Origin: Actinomycetota bacterium
Lineage (GTDB): Bacteria > Actinomycetota > Actinomycetes > Nanopelagicales > Nanopelagicaceae
Direction: 5' to 3'
NCBI GenBank assembly: GCA_009924725.1
Contig: RFRA01000001.1
Span: 1-33,363, forward strand
DNA: 33,363 bases
In this document: piece by piece, positions 1 through 7,113 of the stretch
Position numbering within the stretch: position 1 is the stretch's first letter
How the letters are laid out: each line of letters begins with the position of its first letter
The notes under the pieces: model-generated
Databases searched by the model: none
What the model was told of the DNA's origin: nothing
The model's input: the letters and a program-made list of their open reading frames with translations, nothing else
Program-made: the position numbers and the translations under genes

Positions 1-2
1 CT

Positions 3-911
3 CCTTCAAAAGTCCTTACGGCACTTGAGAAAATGAATCTGGATATCTATAGTCGATATCTCGCCGCTGAGAAGAAGATAAGTCCAAGTTTTAATTACGT
101 TCGTTGCCCAAATGTAGATCCGGCAATGGCAGCAATCACCGAAAATGCCTATATAGATGCCTATTCATTCTGGGCGACGATCTATAAATCCACGGCAAAA
201 ATTAATTGGCTATTGATGAGCGAGAAAGACTGGACTTGTTGGTATGAAACAACGGCAATTTTCGAGGGCCCAAATCCGGTAAGCAGATCTTGGAACACTT
301 GGAATAAAGACACTGGCATCTTGGGCCACTGCACTGTTACATCAACTTCTTTCTGTGGTTATGGCACCGGCGTGCGCGAAGGTGGAATCTTCGCTCAATA
401 CAACATGATCGGAAGTAATTACAAAATAGCTCCCACGTCCATGACTGTTCACCACGAGACTGTCCATAACTATCAAGCTCAGTTGATCGCCGACAATTAC
501 CAAACTTCAAAAACAAACACGGTTGCTTGCTGGTTCATGGAGGGTCAAGCAAATCTCTTTGGATCATCTATCGCGACAAAGGGGGATCCATCTGGTTATA
601 GAAATTTTGAGATTAGCCGTCTGCTAAAGGTCTACCCAAAAGGCTCCTCCTACACAAAAGAAGAATGGGTTGGCGTTCTTAATAAGCTGAAGACCGATGG
701 TGACTTCTGCTTTAAGAACGAGCTTGGCTACTCACTAGGTTGGTTCGCACTTGAATGGACATACCAAAACTATTCAATCGAAGATATGCATTTATTTCTG
801 GAGGCCATCACCAAAGGCTCAACTTGGGAAGAAGCTATTCAAATGGTTTTAAAAATGGATGAGCAGACTTACTACAGCAAAATCGGGCAGTACTTAGCTG
901 ATTCGATTTAG
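3..911 (+). CDS. Putative zinc metallopeptidase (gluzincin / peptidase MA-like), probably 5'-truncated by the window edge
   Basis: HETVH (HExxH) motif followed by WFMEGQA (downstream Glu ligand) and a later Y..GW..LE segment. The frame is open from position 3 to the ATG at 33, so the true start is likely upstream. Confidence 0.65.
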   Translation, partial: PSKVLTALEKMNLDIYSRYLAAEKKISPSFNYVRCPNVDPAMAAITENAYIDAYSFWATIYKSTAKINWLLMSEKDWTCWYETTAIFEGPNPVSRSWNTWNKDTGILGHCTVTSTSFCGYGTGVREGGIFAQYNMIGSNYKIAPTSMTVHHETVHNYQAQLIADNYQTSKTNTVACWFMEGQANLFGSSIATKGDPSGYRNFEISRLLKVYPKGSSYTKEEWVGVLNKLKTDGDFCFKNELGYSLGWFALEWTYQNYSIEDMHLFLEAITKGSTWEEAIQMVLKMDEQTYYSKIGQYLADSI

Positions 912-912
912 A

Positions 913-1152
913 CTAAAGCGCGCTGAGCTTCTCTTTAACCGCCATCGCCGATGGATTAGTCAGCGAAGTTCCATCTGAGAAAACCAGAGTCGGCACCATC
1001 TGATTGCCATTGTTTAGCGATTCAACTAGGGCGGCTGCCTCAGGGGATTGCTCAATATCAACCTCAGTAAAGCTGATTCCGAGTTCTGCCAGATGTCCCT
1101 TTAGTCGCTTGCATGGGCCACACCAAGATGTTGAATACAGGGTAAAAGTCAT
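913..1152 (-). CDS. mrx1: Mycoredoxin / glutaredoxin-like protein (79 aa)
   Basis: MTFTLYSTSWCGPCKRLK...EVDIE...NGNQMVPT..FSDG..LTNPS is the typical actinobacterial Mrx1 pattern. Start moved to ATG 1152, which has TACAAT 6 nt upstream. The longer ORF overlaps the next gene. Confidence 0.85.
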   Translation of the reverse strand: MTFTLYSTSWCGPCKRLKGHLAELGISFTEVDIEQSPEAAALVESLNNGNQMVPTLVFSDGTSLTNPSAMAVKEKLSAL

Positions 1153-1216
1153 GGGTGAATTGTATGGTTTAGAAGAAAGCAGCGTCTTTCGGGCAATGCT
1201 GGCGTAGGTTAGTCCC

Positions 1217-2257
1217 ATGAGTCTTCGCTTTAGACGGTCAATGAAATTAATGCCCGGTGTGCGGTTGAATTTCAGCAAAGAAACTGTGGGCCTTTCCTTC
1301 GGTGTTCCCGGAGCTCGCTACACAATCAACTCAAAAGGTCGAAGGACAGTTAGCACCGGCATTCCTGGCACAGGTATCTATAACGTGGAAACACTCAGTA
1401 GTGGCACGCGTAGTCGCAGATCTTCGGCTGCTGCAATTGCGCAAGAAACCGAAACTTGGCAAGCCCCACCTGCACCAGGATTATTTGCGCGCAAACCTGA
1501 GCGCGAACTCAATAAGTTCTTACTTGATATTTATAACTCAGATCATCGTGATGATCCGAGCTCGGTAATTGAGAAAGCTAATGCGCTTAAAGAGCTCTAC
1601 CCAGAGCTGAAGTATCCGTTGGATTTAATCTCCTTCTTACATGGTGCCACCGATGAAAAATGGGAAACCGACGTCGCTAAATGGGGCGCAACGCTATGGG
1701 AACAACGCGATGCAGCATTTAGCAATAAGTATGTACTCAAGTATTTCAAGGGCATTAAGCCAGGTGTAACTATTTCACCTGGCATCACCACGCAGCTGCA
1801 CTACAACGTGCAGACGCTGGGATTTATCTGGTCTGAGATTTTGCAGTCACTAAAGAAGTATGACGATGCAGTTGCTGTATTGATGCAGATTGAACCTGAT
1901 CAAATGGTTGGTATTTCACTTGCTGACATTGAAATCTCAGTAGGTGATTTTGATGGCGCAATTGAGACAACCGAAGATATCGAAGTATTCGATGATGCAA
2001 CCGCAATGATGATGGTCTTACGTGGTGTGGCATTTCGGGGCAAGGATATGCACGAAGCTGCCATTGAATGCTTTAAGCGAGCACTGAAGCAGAAGCAGAT
2101 GCCCGAAGCTCTGGCTCATCGCGCACTCTTTGAACGTGGCGTTACCTATGGCCTTATGGGCAAGAAGGCGATGGGCGTAAAGGACTTAGAAAAGATATTG
2201 GTTGATAACCCTGATTATCCAGAGGTTGAGAAGAAGCTAGCTGAACTAAAGAAGTAG
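1217..2257 (+). CDS. DUF4236 domain protein with C-terminal TPR repeats
   Basis: N-terminal LRFRRSMKLMPGVRLNFSK..GLSFG.PGA....GIPGTGI is the DUF4236 signature. The C-terminus has TPR-like helices (RGVAF..AAIECFKRAL, RGVTY..DLEKIL..NPDY). Confidence 0.8.
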   Translation: MSLRFRRSMKLMPGVRLNFSKETVGLSFGVPGARYTINSKGRRTVSTGIPGTGIYNVETLSSGTRSRRSSAAAIAQETETWQAPPAPGLFARKPERELNKFLLDIYNSDHRDDPSSVIEKANALKELYPELKYPLDLISFLHGATDEKWETDVAKWGATLWEQRDAAFSNKYVLKYFKGIKPGVTISPGITTQLHYNVQTLGFIWSEILQSLKKYDDAVAVLMQIEPDQMVGISLADIEISVGDFDGAIETTEDIEVFDDATAMMMVLRGVAFRGKDMHEAAIECFKRALKQKQMPEALAHRALFERGVTYGLMGKKAMGVKDLEKILVDNPDYPEVEKKLAELKK

Positions 2258-2273
2258 CCGCGATAAGCGACTA

Positions 2274-2333
2274 AATCGGCGGATACATCTCTAACCCACT
2301 GATCACATCGCGATAACCCTGAAAGCCGCACCC
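2274..2333 (+). repeat. Direct repeat copy 1 (60 bp; 57/60 identical to 4260-4319); orphan 3' end of the small Cys-rich gene
   Basis: aatcggcggatacatctctaacccactgatcacatcgcgataaccctgaaagccgcaccc. The minus strand reads GCGFQGYRDVISGLEMYPPI followed by TAG (2273-2271). Confidence 0.9.
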
Positions 2334-2434
2334 CGAAGATAGCCATTCAAAAGGATTTGCTGATGTGGGTCTGCTAGGAATTGATGCTAGCTAACTAGGT
2401 ATTTTAATTATTTACAATATTATTCAGCCATGCA

Positions 2435-4261
2435 GTGTTTTGGAGCTCATTAGTGAGAGATAGATTCCTTCGAATTCTGTTGGTTTTTACATTGATCGCA
2501 GGCTATTTTTCTATACAGCCAACAGCTCAAGCTGCTCAAATAAAAATTACTGTTTCCATAAAAATAATGATCAAAATTACGTTCGGGGGAGCCAAGCGTC
2601 CCTCTTACAAGCCACCTGAGTCAAGTCTTTCACCATTGGATGTGCGGGTCGTACCAGGAGCCACTGGTTCTACATCAGTTGATATAGCCTGGTCGAAACC
2701 AAAATCGGGCACTCCTAAGAATGGTTACACAGTCGAGTTAACTAGTATCAACAAAGAAGTGATTCCAAACAACGGTAGCACTTGGTCAATTGAAAAATAC
2801 AATGTGGCATCTGATGTTACAGAAATGCGCGTAACTGATTTACGACCTAGTTCAATATATGAAGTTAACGTTAAATCTAACGATGAATATGGTGCTCACG
2901 ATTCAGAACCTGCAAGTTTTTGCTCTCCGAAATTCTACGCATCTGATGCTGGTTGCATAGCAACCATTTCTGCGACAAAAGCCAACTACGCGCCAATTCC
3001 AGATGCCAACTTAGATCCAAGTGCGAATACTTTTAATCTGCCAGACAAGTCCAGAAAGAATGGTGCAATAAATGTTTCTTGGTCGGCAGCAAGCAATGTC
3101 AGTTCGTACATAGTTCAATGGTTTGGACAGCAGAATGTTCTTGATTATGGTGAAAAAATTGTGCCAGCATCGGAGACAAGAACGACGATCTCGGGACTGC
3201 CGGGTAACCATCTTTATTACGTCAAAGTTTTAGCGCTAGGCGCTAATGGTGGTTATTCTGAATCGCCAAAAGTCAGTGTGTATGCCAGCCCGGGCGCTAC
3301 AGGATACCCAGAACTATCAGGCTCTTTTGATACTTGTATGGGGATCGGCGACTTCATAGTAATCAGCATTAATTCTCAAACACCGCAGAGTCAATCTGAC
3401 AGACTTGCGACAAAAGCCTTCCTGACTCGTTTCAGAAAACAAGGTGACACAGTTTGGCTAAATGCTGACCAGGTTTTAAAGGATGGCAAGCGATGCTTTA
3501 CGGTCTCGACTTACCCAGACCCTTCAGAACGGCGTTGGTATTTTCTGCCTGATTATGTATCCAACTACGAATTCCAGGTAGCTGAGGTTTCAAGTTCTCC
3601 TACGAGTGGGGCAATTTTAGGAGACTGGTCATATAGCCGTTGGTACGGCCCAAACTCAGTAGCGCTAAATAAAATTGAAGTGGAAAAATTAGGGCCAAGC
3701 AGTTGGTTAGAGCGTGACGCATTTGTCACAAAAAATACAAACGCCATACCGAGATTTAATGCAGACCGCGAATATGTTGCAGTAATTGATAAGTTACGAG
3801 AAGACCAAGCTAAGCAAGAAGCAGATGCCAAGGCTGCAGCCGAACTAAAAGCTCAGCAAGATGCAGAGGCAAAAGCCTTGGCCGAAAAAACAGCCGCGGA
3901 GCTAAAAGCTAAACAAGATGCGGAAGCAAAGGCCGCCGCCGATAAATCAGCAGCTGAACTCAAGGCAAAACAAGAAGCCGATGCAAAGGCGGCCGCGGAT
4001 CTAAAGGCCAAGCAAGATGCAGACGCAAAGGCGGCCGCGGATCTAAAGGCCAAGCAAGATGCAGACGCAAAGGCCGCCGAAGATCTAAAGGCCAAGCAAG
4101 ATGCAGACGCAAAGGCCGCCGAAGATCTAAAGGCAAAACAAGAAGCAGATGCAAAGTCCTCTGCTACTAAGAAGACCACGATTACCTGCATCAAGGGAAA
4201 ACTGACCAAGAAAGTTACCGCAGTTAACCCTAAGTGCCCATCGGGTTATAAGAAGAAGTAA
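2435..4261 (+). CDS. Secreted/surface protein: signal peptide, two fibronectin type III domains, Ala/Lys-rich coiled-coil repeats, basic Cys-containing C-terminal motif
   Basis: Hydrophobic N-terminus ending AQA. FN3 patterns (V.IAWSKP..Y.V...VTDLRPSSIYEVNV; VSWSAA..YIVQW...ISGLPGNHLYYVKVLA). (KAKQDADAKAAADL)n repeats. Tail KKTTITCIKGKLTKKVTAVNPKCPSGYKKK. Start uncertain (GTG 2435 or 2453). Confidence 0.8.
   Translation: MFWSSLVRDRFLRILLVFTLIAGYFSIQPTAQAAQIKITVSIKIMIKITFGGAKRPSYKPPESSLSPLDVRVVPGATGSTSVDIAWSKPKSGTPKNGYTVELTSINKEVIPNNGSTWSIEKYNVASDVTEMRVTDLRPSSIYEVNVKSNDEYGAHDSEPASFCSPKFYASDAGCIATISATKANYAPIPDANLDPSANTFNLPDKSRKNGAINVSWSAASNVSSYIVQWFGQQNVLDYGEKIVPASETRTTISGLPGNHLYYVKVLALGANGGYSESPKVSVYASPGATGYPELSGSFDTCMGIGDFIVISINSQTPQSQSDRLATKAFLTRFRKQGDTVWLNADQVLKDGKRCFTVSTYPDPSERRWYFLPDYVSNYEFQVAEVSSSPTSGAILGDWSYSRWYGPNSVALNKIEVEKLGPSSWLERDAFVTKNTNAIPRFNADREYVAVIDKLREDQAKQEADAKAAAELKAQQDAEAKALAEKTAAELKAKQDAEAKAAADKSAAELKAKQEADAKAAADLKAKQDADAKAAADLKAKQDADAKAAEDLKAKQDADAKAAEDLKAKQEADAKSSATKKTTITCIKGKLTKKVTAVNPKCPSGYKKK
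3810..4156 (+). repeat. Intragenic 42-bp (14-aa) tandem repeat encoding a coiled-coil stalk
   Basis: gcaaaggcggccgcggatct occurs at 3983 and 4025 (42-bp period). Near-identical units continue to about 4156, with degenerate 14- and 21-aa units upstream. Confidence 0.9.
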
Positions 4262-4499
4262 TCGGCGGATACATCTCAAACCCACTGATCACATCGCGAT
4301 AGCCCTGAAACCCGCACCCAGAACATTCCACATCAGGCGGCCACTGCGAAGGCAAGCAACACCCACCAGATGCGTACTTCTCGTGATCAAAATCGTCACC
4401 GGGCATTCCCCACAACAACTCACGGAGTAGCCCTTTCTGCTGGCATTCAGGACAAGTCAGCGTTCGCAGTTGCTTACGTCTTGGCGGCTTTGGTTGCAT
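4230..4499 (-). CDS. Small Cys-rich hypothetical protein (89 aa), putative Zn-ribbon
   Basis: MQPKPP...CPEC...LLWGMP...GGCC...ECSGCG has two CxxC pairs plus GGC. ATG at 4499 lies 6 nt after TATGGT. Substitutions versus the repeat copy are all at third codon positions, which supports coding. Confidence 0.7.
   Translation of the reverse strand: MQPKPPRRKQLRTLTCPECQQKGLLRELLWGMPGDDFDHEKYASGGCCLPSQWPPDVECSGCGFQGYRDVISGFEMYPPITSSYNPMGT
4260..4319 (+). repeat. Direct repeat copy 2 (60 bp), inside the 3' end of the small Cys-rich gene
   Basis: aatcggcggatacatctcaaacccactgatcacatcgcgatagccctgaaacccgcaccc, beginning within the stop codon of the FN3 gene. Confidence 0.9.
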
Positions 4500-4505
4500 A
4501 TCTAA

Positions 4506-4553
4506 ACCATATTGATAGCCACTGACATCCCTGTCAGCAATGCGTTGTACCCT
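4506..4553. promoter_or_regulatory. Back-to-back PafBC (RecA-NDp)-type promoter motifs TGTCAG-N10-TAnnnT
   Basis: Plus strand: TGTCAG 4532-4537, 10 nt, TACCCT 4548-4553. Minus strand: TGTCAG 4527-4522, 10 nt, TATGGT 4511-4506. Confidence 0.65.
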
Positions 4554-4571
4554 GCACTTGGAGGTAAACAA

Positions 4572-4874
4572 ATGGCAGAGATTAAAGTCAGAGGCGCAGA
4601 TGGCAAGCCAGTTCGCTATGCATCCCTCGATGGCCAAAACCTCAAACTCCAATTTGAATACTACGCACGCCATGACAACGAAGGCGACTACGAAGTAATC
4701 CAAACCGTAGCCCCAGAAGAATTCGCAGCAATCGCCAATAAGTTCGGCCTAGACCCAACCAGTGACATCCTTGCAATAGTTCAACAGATCTCAGATGCCG
4801 GCAGAGGAGAAGAATTCGTAGCTGCCCTCGATAGCAAAGAGATTAAGTGCGAGATATTTACATGGAGTAGTTGA
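4572..4874 (+). CDS. Hypothetical protein (100 aa, acidic)
   Basis: ATG 4572 is preceded by a GGAGGT RBS (4560-4565). No family recognised. Confidence 0.7.
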   Translation: MAEIKVRGADGKPVRYASLDGQNLKLQFEYYARHDNEGDYEVIQTVAPEEFAAIANKFGLDPTSDILAIVQQISDAGRGEEFVAALDSKEIKCEIFTWSS

Positions 4875-4904
4875 GGGGTTGAGTACAGACCTGGTGATTA
4901 AGAG

Positions 4905-5576
4905 TTAACGGACACTCCGCATCACCGCTGTTACCTTGCCCAGGATCTCGCAATTATTTCCATCGATAGGTGCGAAGTTGTCATTGGCAGGTAGTAGCCA
5001 GATCTGGCCGTTCTTGCGTGAGAATGTTTTAACGGTTGCTTCGCCATCGATCATGGCAGCGACGATTTCGCCATTGTTGCAATCCTTTTGAGAGCGGATT
5101 ACTACATAGTCTCCGTCGCAGATTGCGGCATCAATCATTGATTCTCCGACAACGCGAAGCATGAAGAGCTCACCGCTACCAACTAAGGATTCAGGCAGTG
5201 GGAATGTCTCTTCGATCTCTTGTTCTGCCGTAATTGGGCCACCGGCTGCGATGCGACCTACAAGAGGGATGTATTTGGTCTTATCTACTGAGGTGGAATT
5301 CTCGGCCGTCTTTTCATCTGGCATCAGAACTTCAATGGCACGTCCTCGGGTGGCATCGCGGCGGATGAAACCTTTTTTCTCAAGGGACTCAAGCTGGTAG
5401 GAAACACTGGCTGTTGAGGTTAACCCGGCAGCAACGCCTAGTTCGCGCATCGTTGGGGGATAGCCCTGGGTATCTACGGCAGTCTTGATCGCTTCGAGGA
5501 TCTTAAGCTGGCGCCCGGTTAGGCCGTGTGGGCCTGGGGTATCTGGAAGCTCGGAAACATTGGATTTTTCGCTCAT
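4905..5576 (-). CDS. lexA: SOS transcriptional repressor LexA
   Basis: N-terminal winged HTH ([18 protein letters not shown]), Ala-Gly cleavage site (GRIAAG), catalytic Ser (GESM) and Lys (ATVK). Confidence 0.97.
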   Translation of the reverse strand: MSEKSNVSELPDTPGPHGLTGRQLKILEAIKTAVDTQGYPPTMRELGVAAGLTSTASVSYQLESLEKKGFIRRDATRGRAIEVLMPDEKTAENSTSVDKTKYIPLVGRIAAGGPITAEQEIEETFPLPESLVGSGELFMLRVVGESMIDAAICDGDYVVIRSQKDCNNGEIVAAMIDGEATVKTFSRKNGQIWLLPANDNFAPIDGNNCEILGKVTAVMRSVR

Positions 5577-5586
5577 GGGTTAAGAG

Positions 5587-5602
5587 TAGAACATATTTTC
5601 GA
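5587..5602. promoter_or_regulatory. SOS box 1 (degenerate), overlapping the lexA -10 element
   Basis: TAGAACATATTTTCGA versus the actinobacterial consensus TCGAAC-N4-GTTCGA. The lexA -10 TACTCT is at 5588-5583. Confidence 0.7.
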
Positions 5603-5607
5603 AAATG

Positions 5608-5623
5608 TCGAACATTTGTTCGC
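5608..5623. promoter_or_regulatory. SOS box 2
   Basis: TCGAACATTTGTTCGC. Confidence 0.9.
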
Positions 5624-5669
5624 TTTCGGCTTGCTTTTTGTCAGTGGTGGGGTGTTTACTATGACATAT

Positions 5670-5685
5670 ACGAACAAGTGTTCGA
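5670..5685. promoter_or_regulatory. SOS box 3, just downstream of the putative -10 (TACTAT 5657-5662) of the LysM gene
   Basis: ACGAACAAGTGTTCGA. Confidence 0.9.
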
Positions 5686-5721
5686 ATAAAGGCAGTACCT
5701 ACAAATTGAAGGAGAAAGACC

Positions 5722-6156
5722 ATGAGCACAGCAACCTTCCCCGCTGGCACATATAACTTCGACCGTCCGTCCGCCGGTGTGGGCCTCACCCGTCGTGGTC
5801 GTTTAGCGCGCACGCTCTTGGTTCTTTCTCTCTCGATAGTTCTAGGTGCAGGCTTTGCAATGAAGGCCGGAGCAGGTAATAACGTTGCTGGTGTTAATGC
5901 AAATTCATCAGCTAGTGCGCAATCGCTAAAAGCAGCCAAAATCAATGGTTCTAGCGCATCTAACAATGGTGCAAGTGATGCGGCAAAGTCATACGTTGTT
6001 GTAACAGTTGCTGCCGGTGAAACTCTTTGGTCACTTGCTTCGCAAATGGCAGATGGTGGCGATGTGCAATCACTTGTTGCAGATATTGCATCCGCTAATT
6101 CACTTAGCGGTGTCGATGTCGAAGCTGGTCAAAAGCTTCGAGTACCAATCAAGTAA
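5722..6156 (+). CDS. Membrane-anchored LysM protein, ChiZ/YneA-like SOS cell-division inhibitor
   Basis: LTRRGR motif then a TM helix. C-terminal LysM domain (VTVAAGETLWSLA...NSLSGVDVEAGQKLRVP). Divergent from lexA with SOS boxes. AAGGAG RBS. Confidence 0.85.
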   Translation: MSTATFPAGTYNFDRPSAGVGLTRRGRLARTLLVLSLSIVLGAGFAMKAGAGNNVAGVNANSSASAQSLKAAKINGSSASNNGASDAAKSYVVVTVAAGETLWSLASQMADGGDVQSLVADIASANSLSGVDVEAGQKLRVPIK

Positions 6157-6295
6157 TTCGTCTTTAGCCTGCGGCTAGCCCCGCTTGCTGGGGCCCAGGC
6201 ATGCTCGGCAGCCCTGAGCGTAGCCTTCGCGACACGCGGATTAGCCCCGACACAAGGCACATCCCGCAAAACCCTCAAGTCTTAACTTATAGTTA

Positions 6296-6342
6296 CCACT
6301 AGATGTAGTGGTCGACATGAGATATAGTTCCATTAGTAGTGG
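6296..6342. promoter_or_regulatory. Tandem NrdR boxes upstream of nrdR-nrdJ
   Basis: CCACTAGATGTAGTGG (6296-6311, near-palindromic) and a degenerate second copy GTTCCATTAGTAGTGG (6327-6342) at 31-bp spacing. Confidence 0.8.
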
Positions 6343-6428
6343 TTTTCAACCCTACTTATGGGTTTTCTCAGGAAAGTCCATTACACCTAAATTTAGAAAA
6401 CCGCAGCATTCGAAAGGAGACACGCCGC

Positions 6429-6938
6429 ATGATCTGCCCATTCTGCCGACATGACGATTCCCGCGTAGTCGACTCTCGCCCAGCCGAAGATGGCGCACAA
6501 ATTCGCCGTCGCCGCGAATGCACCGAATGCGGCGCTCGCTTTACTACCCAAGAGACCACCTTGCTTAACATTGTTAAGCGATCTGGTGCCTCCGAGCCAT
6601 TTAGCCGCGAAAAAGTTATCGCCGGCGTAACAAAGGCCTGCCAAGGCCGCCCAGTAAATGATGATGATCTTGCTCTGTTGGCAATGCGAGTTGAAGAAAC
6701 TTTGCGTGCTACCGGTCAAGCCGAAATCGAAGCTCAAGAAGTTGGTTTAGCTATTTTGGCGCCACTTCGCGAACTCGATGAGGTCGCCTACTTACGGTTT
6801 GCTTCGGTTTACCGTAGTTTTTCCTCCCTTGAAGATTTTGAAGGTGAGATCGCACTTCTCCGCGCGGCTCCTTCAACTCCCGCTTCAAAGAATTCCCCAG
6901 AAAAAAGCACAACTGCAGTTACTTCCTCCGCGAAATAA
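6429..6938 (+). CDS. nrdR: Transcriptional repressor NrdR
   Basis: MICPFC..SRVVDSR...[16 protein letters not shown] zinc ribbon, ATP cone, AYLRFASVY. Start corrected to ATG 6429 after an AAAGGAG RBS. Confidence 0.97.
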   Translation: MICPFCRHDDSRVVDSRPAEDGAQIRRRRECTECGARFTTQETTLLNIVKRSGASEPFSREKVIAGVTKACQGRPVNDDDLALLAMRVEETLRATGQAEIEAQEVGLAILAPLRELDEVAYLRFASVYRSFSSLEDFEGEIALLRAAPSTPASKNSPEKSTTAVTSSAK

Positions 6939-7113
6939 CTGCACCTTCCCGTACGGCACCTACTGAAGAAAAAACCTAGCGATCCCCACTAGGAATAATT
7001 TAATAGGAAAACTTAATAGCTTTAAAAGCATTATAAATCAGGGCTCACAGCACTCATTTGTAGTCAGCAGTTCTGATTTAAAAACGACGCGATATAAGAA
7101 AATGGAGATTCAC

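Noticed and set aside
3810-4156. Regular repeats as a CRISPR array
   Set aside because: Contiguous in-frame coding repeats with no unique spacers, and no cas genes in the window.
3853-4209. Antisense Ala/Ser-rich repeat ORFs
   Set aside because: They are mirror frames of the 42-bp repeat in the FN3 gene.
2274-4319. IS element, transposon or prophage between the direct repeats
   Set aside because: No transposase, integrase or terminal inverted repeats were seen, and the repeat is a coding fragment rather than a tRNA end.
4500-4703. N-terminal extension of the 157-aa minus-strand ORF
   Set aside because: It overlaps the divergent gene and promoter motifs. ATG 4499 is better supported.
5526-5966. 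ORFs 5526-5756 (+) and 5580-5966 (-)
   Set aside because: They overlap the SOS-box promoter region and the well-supported lexA or LysM genes.
6157-6428. Cobalamin riboswitch or other ncRNA upstream of nrdR
   Set aside because: GC-rich hairpins exist near 6167-6200, but no recognisable B12-box or riboswitch core. GACAC words (6231, 6249) could be WhiA sites but are too short to support.
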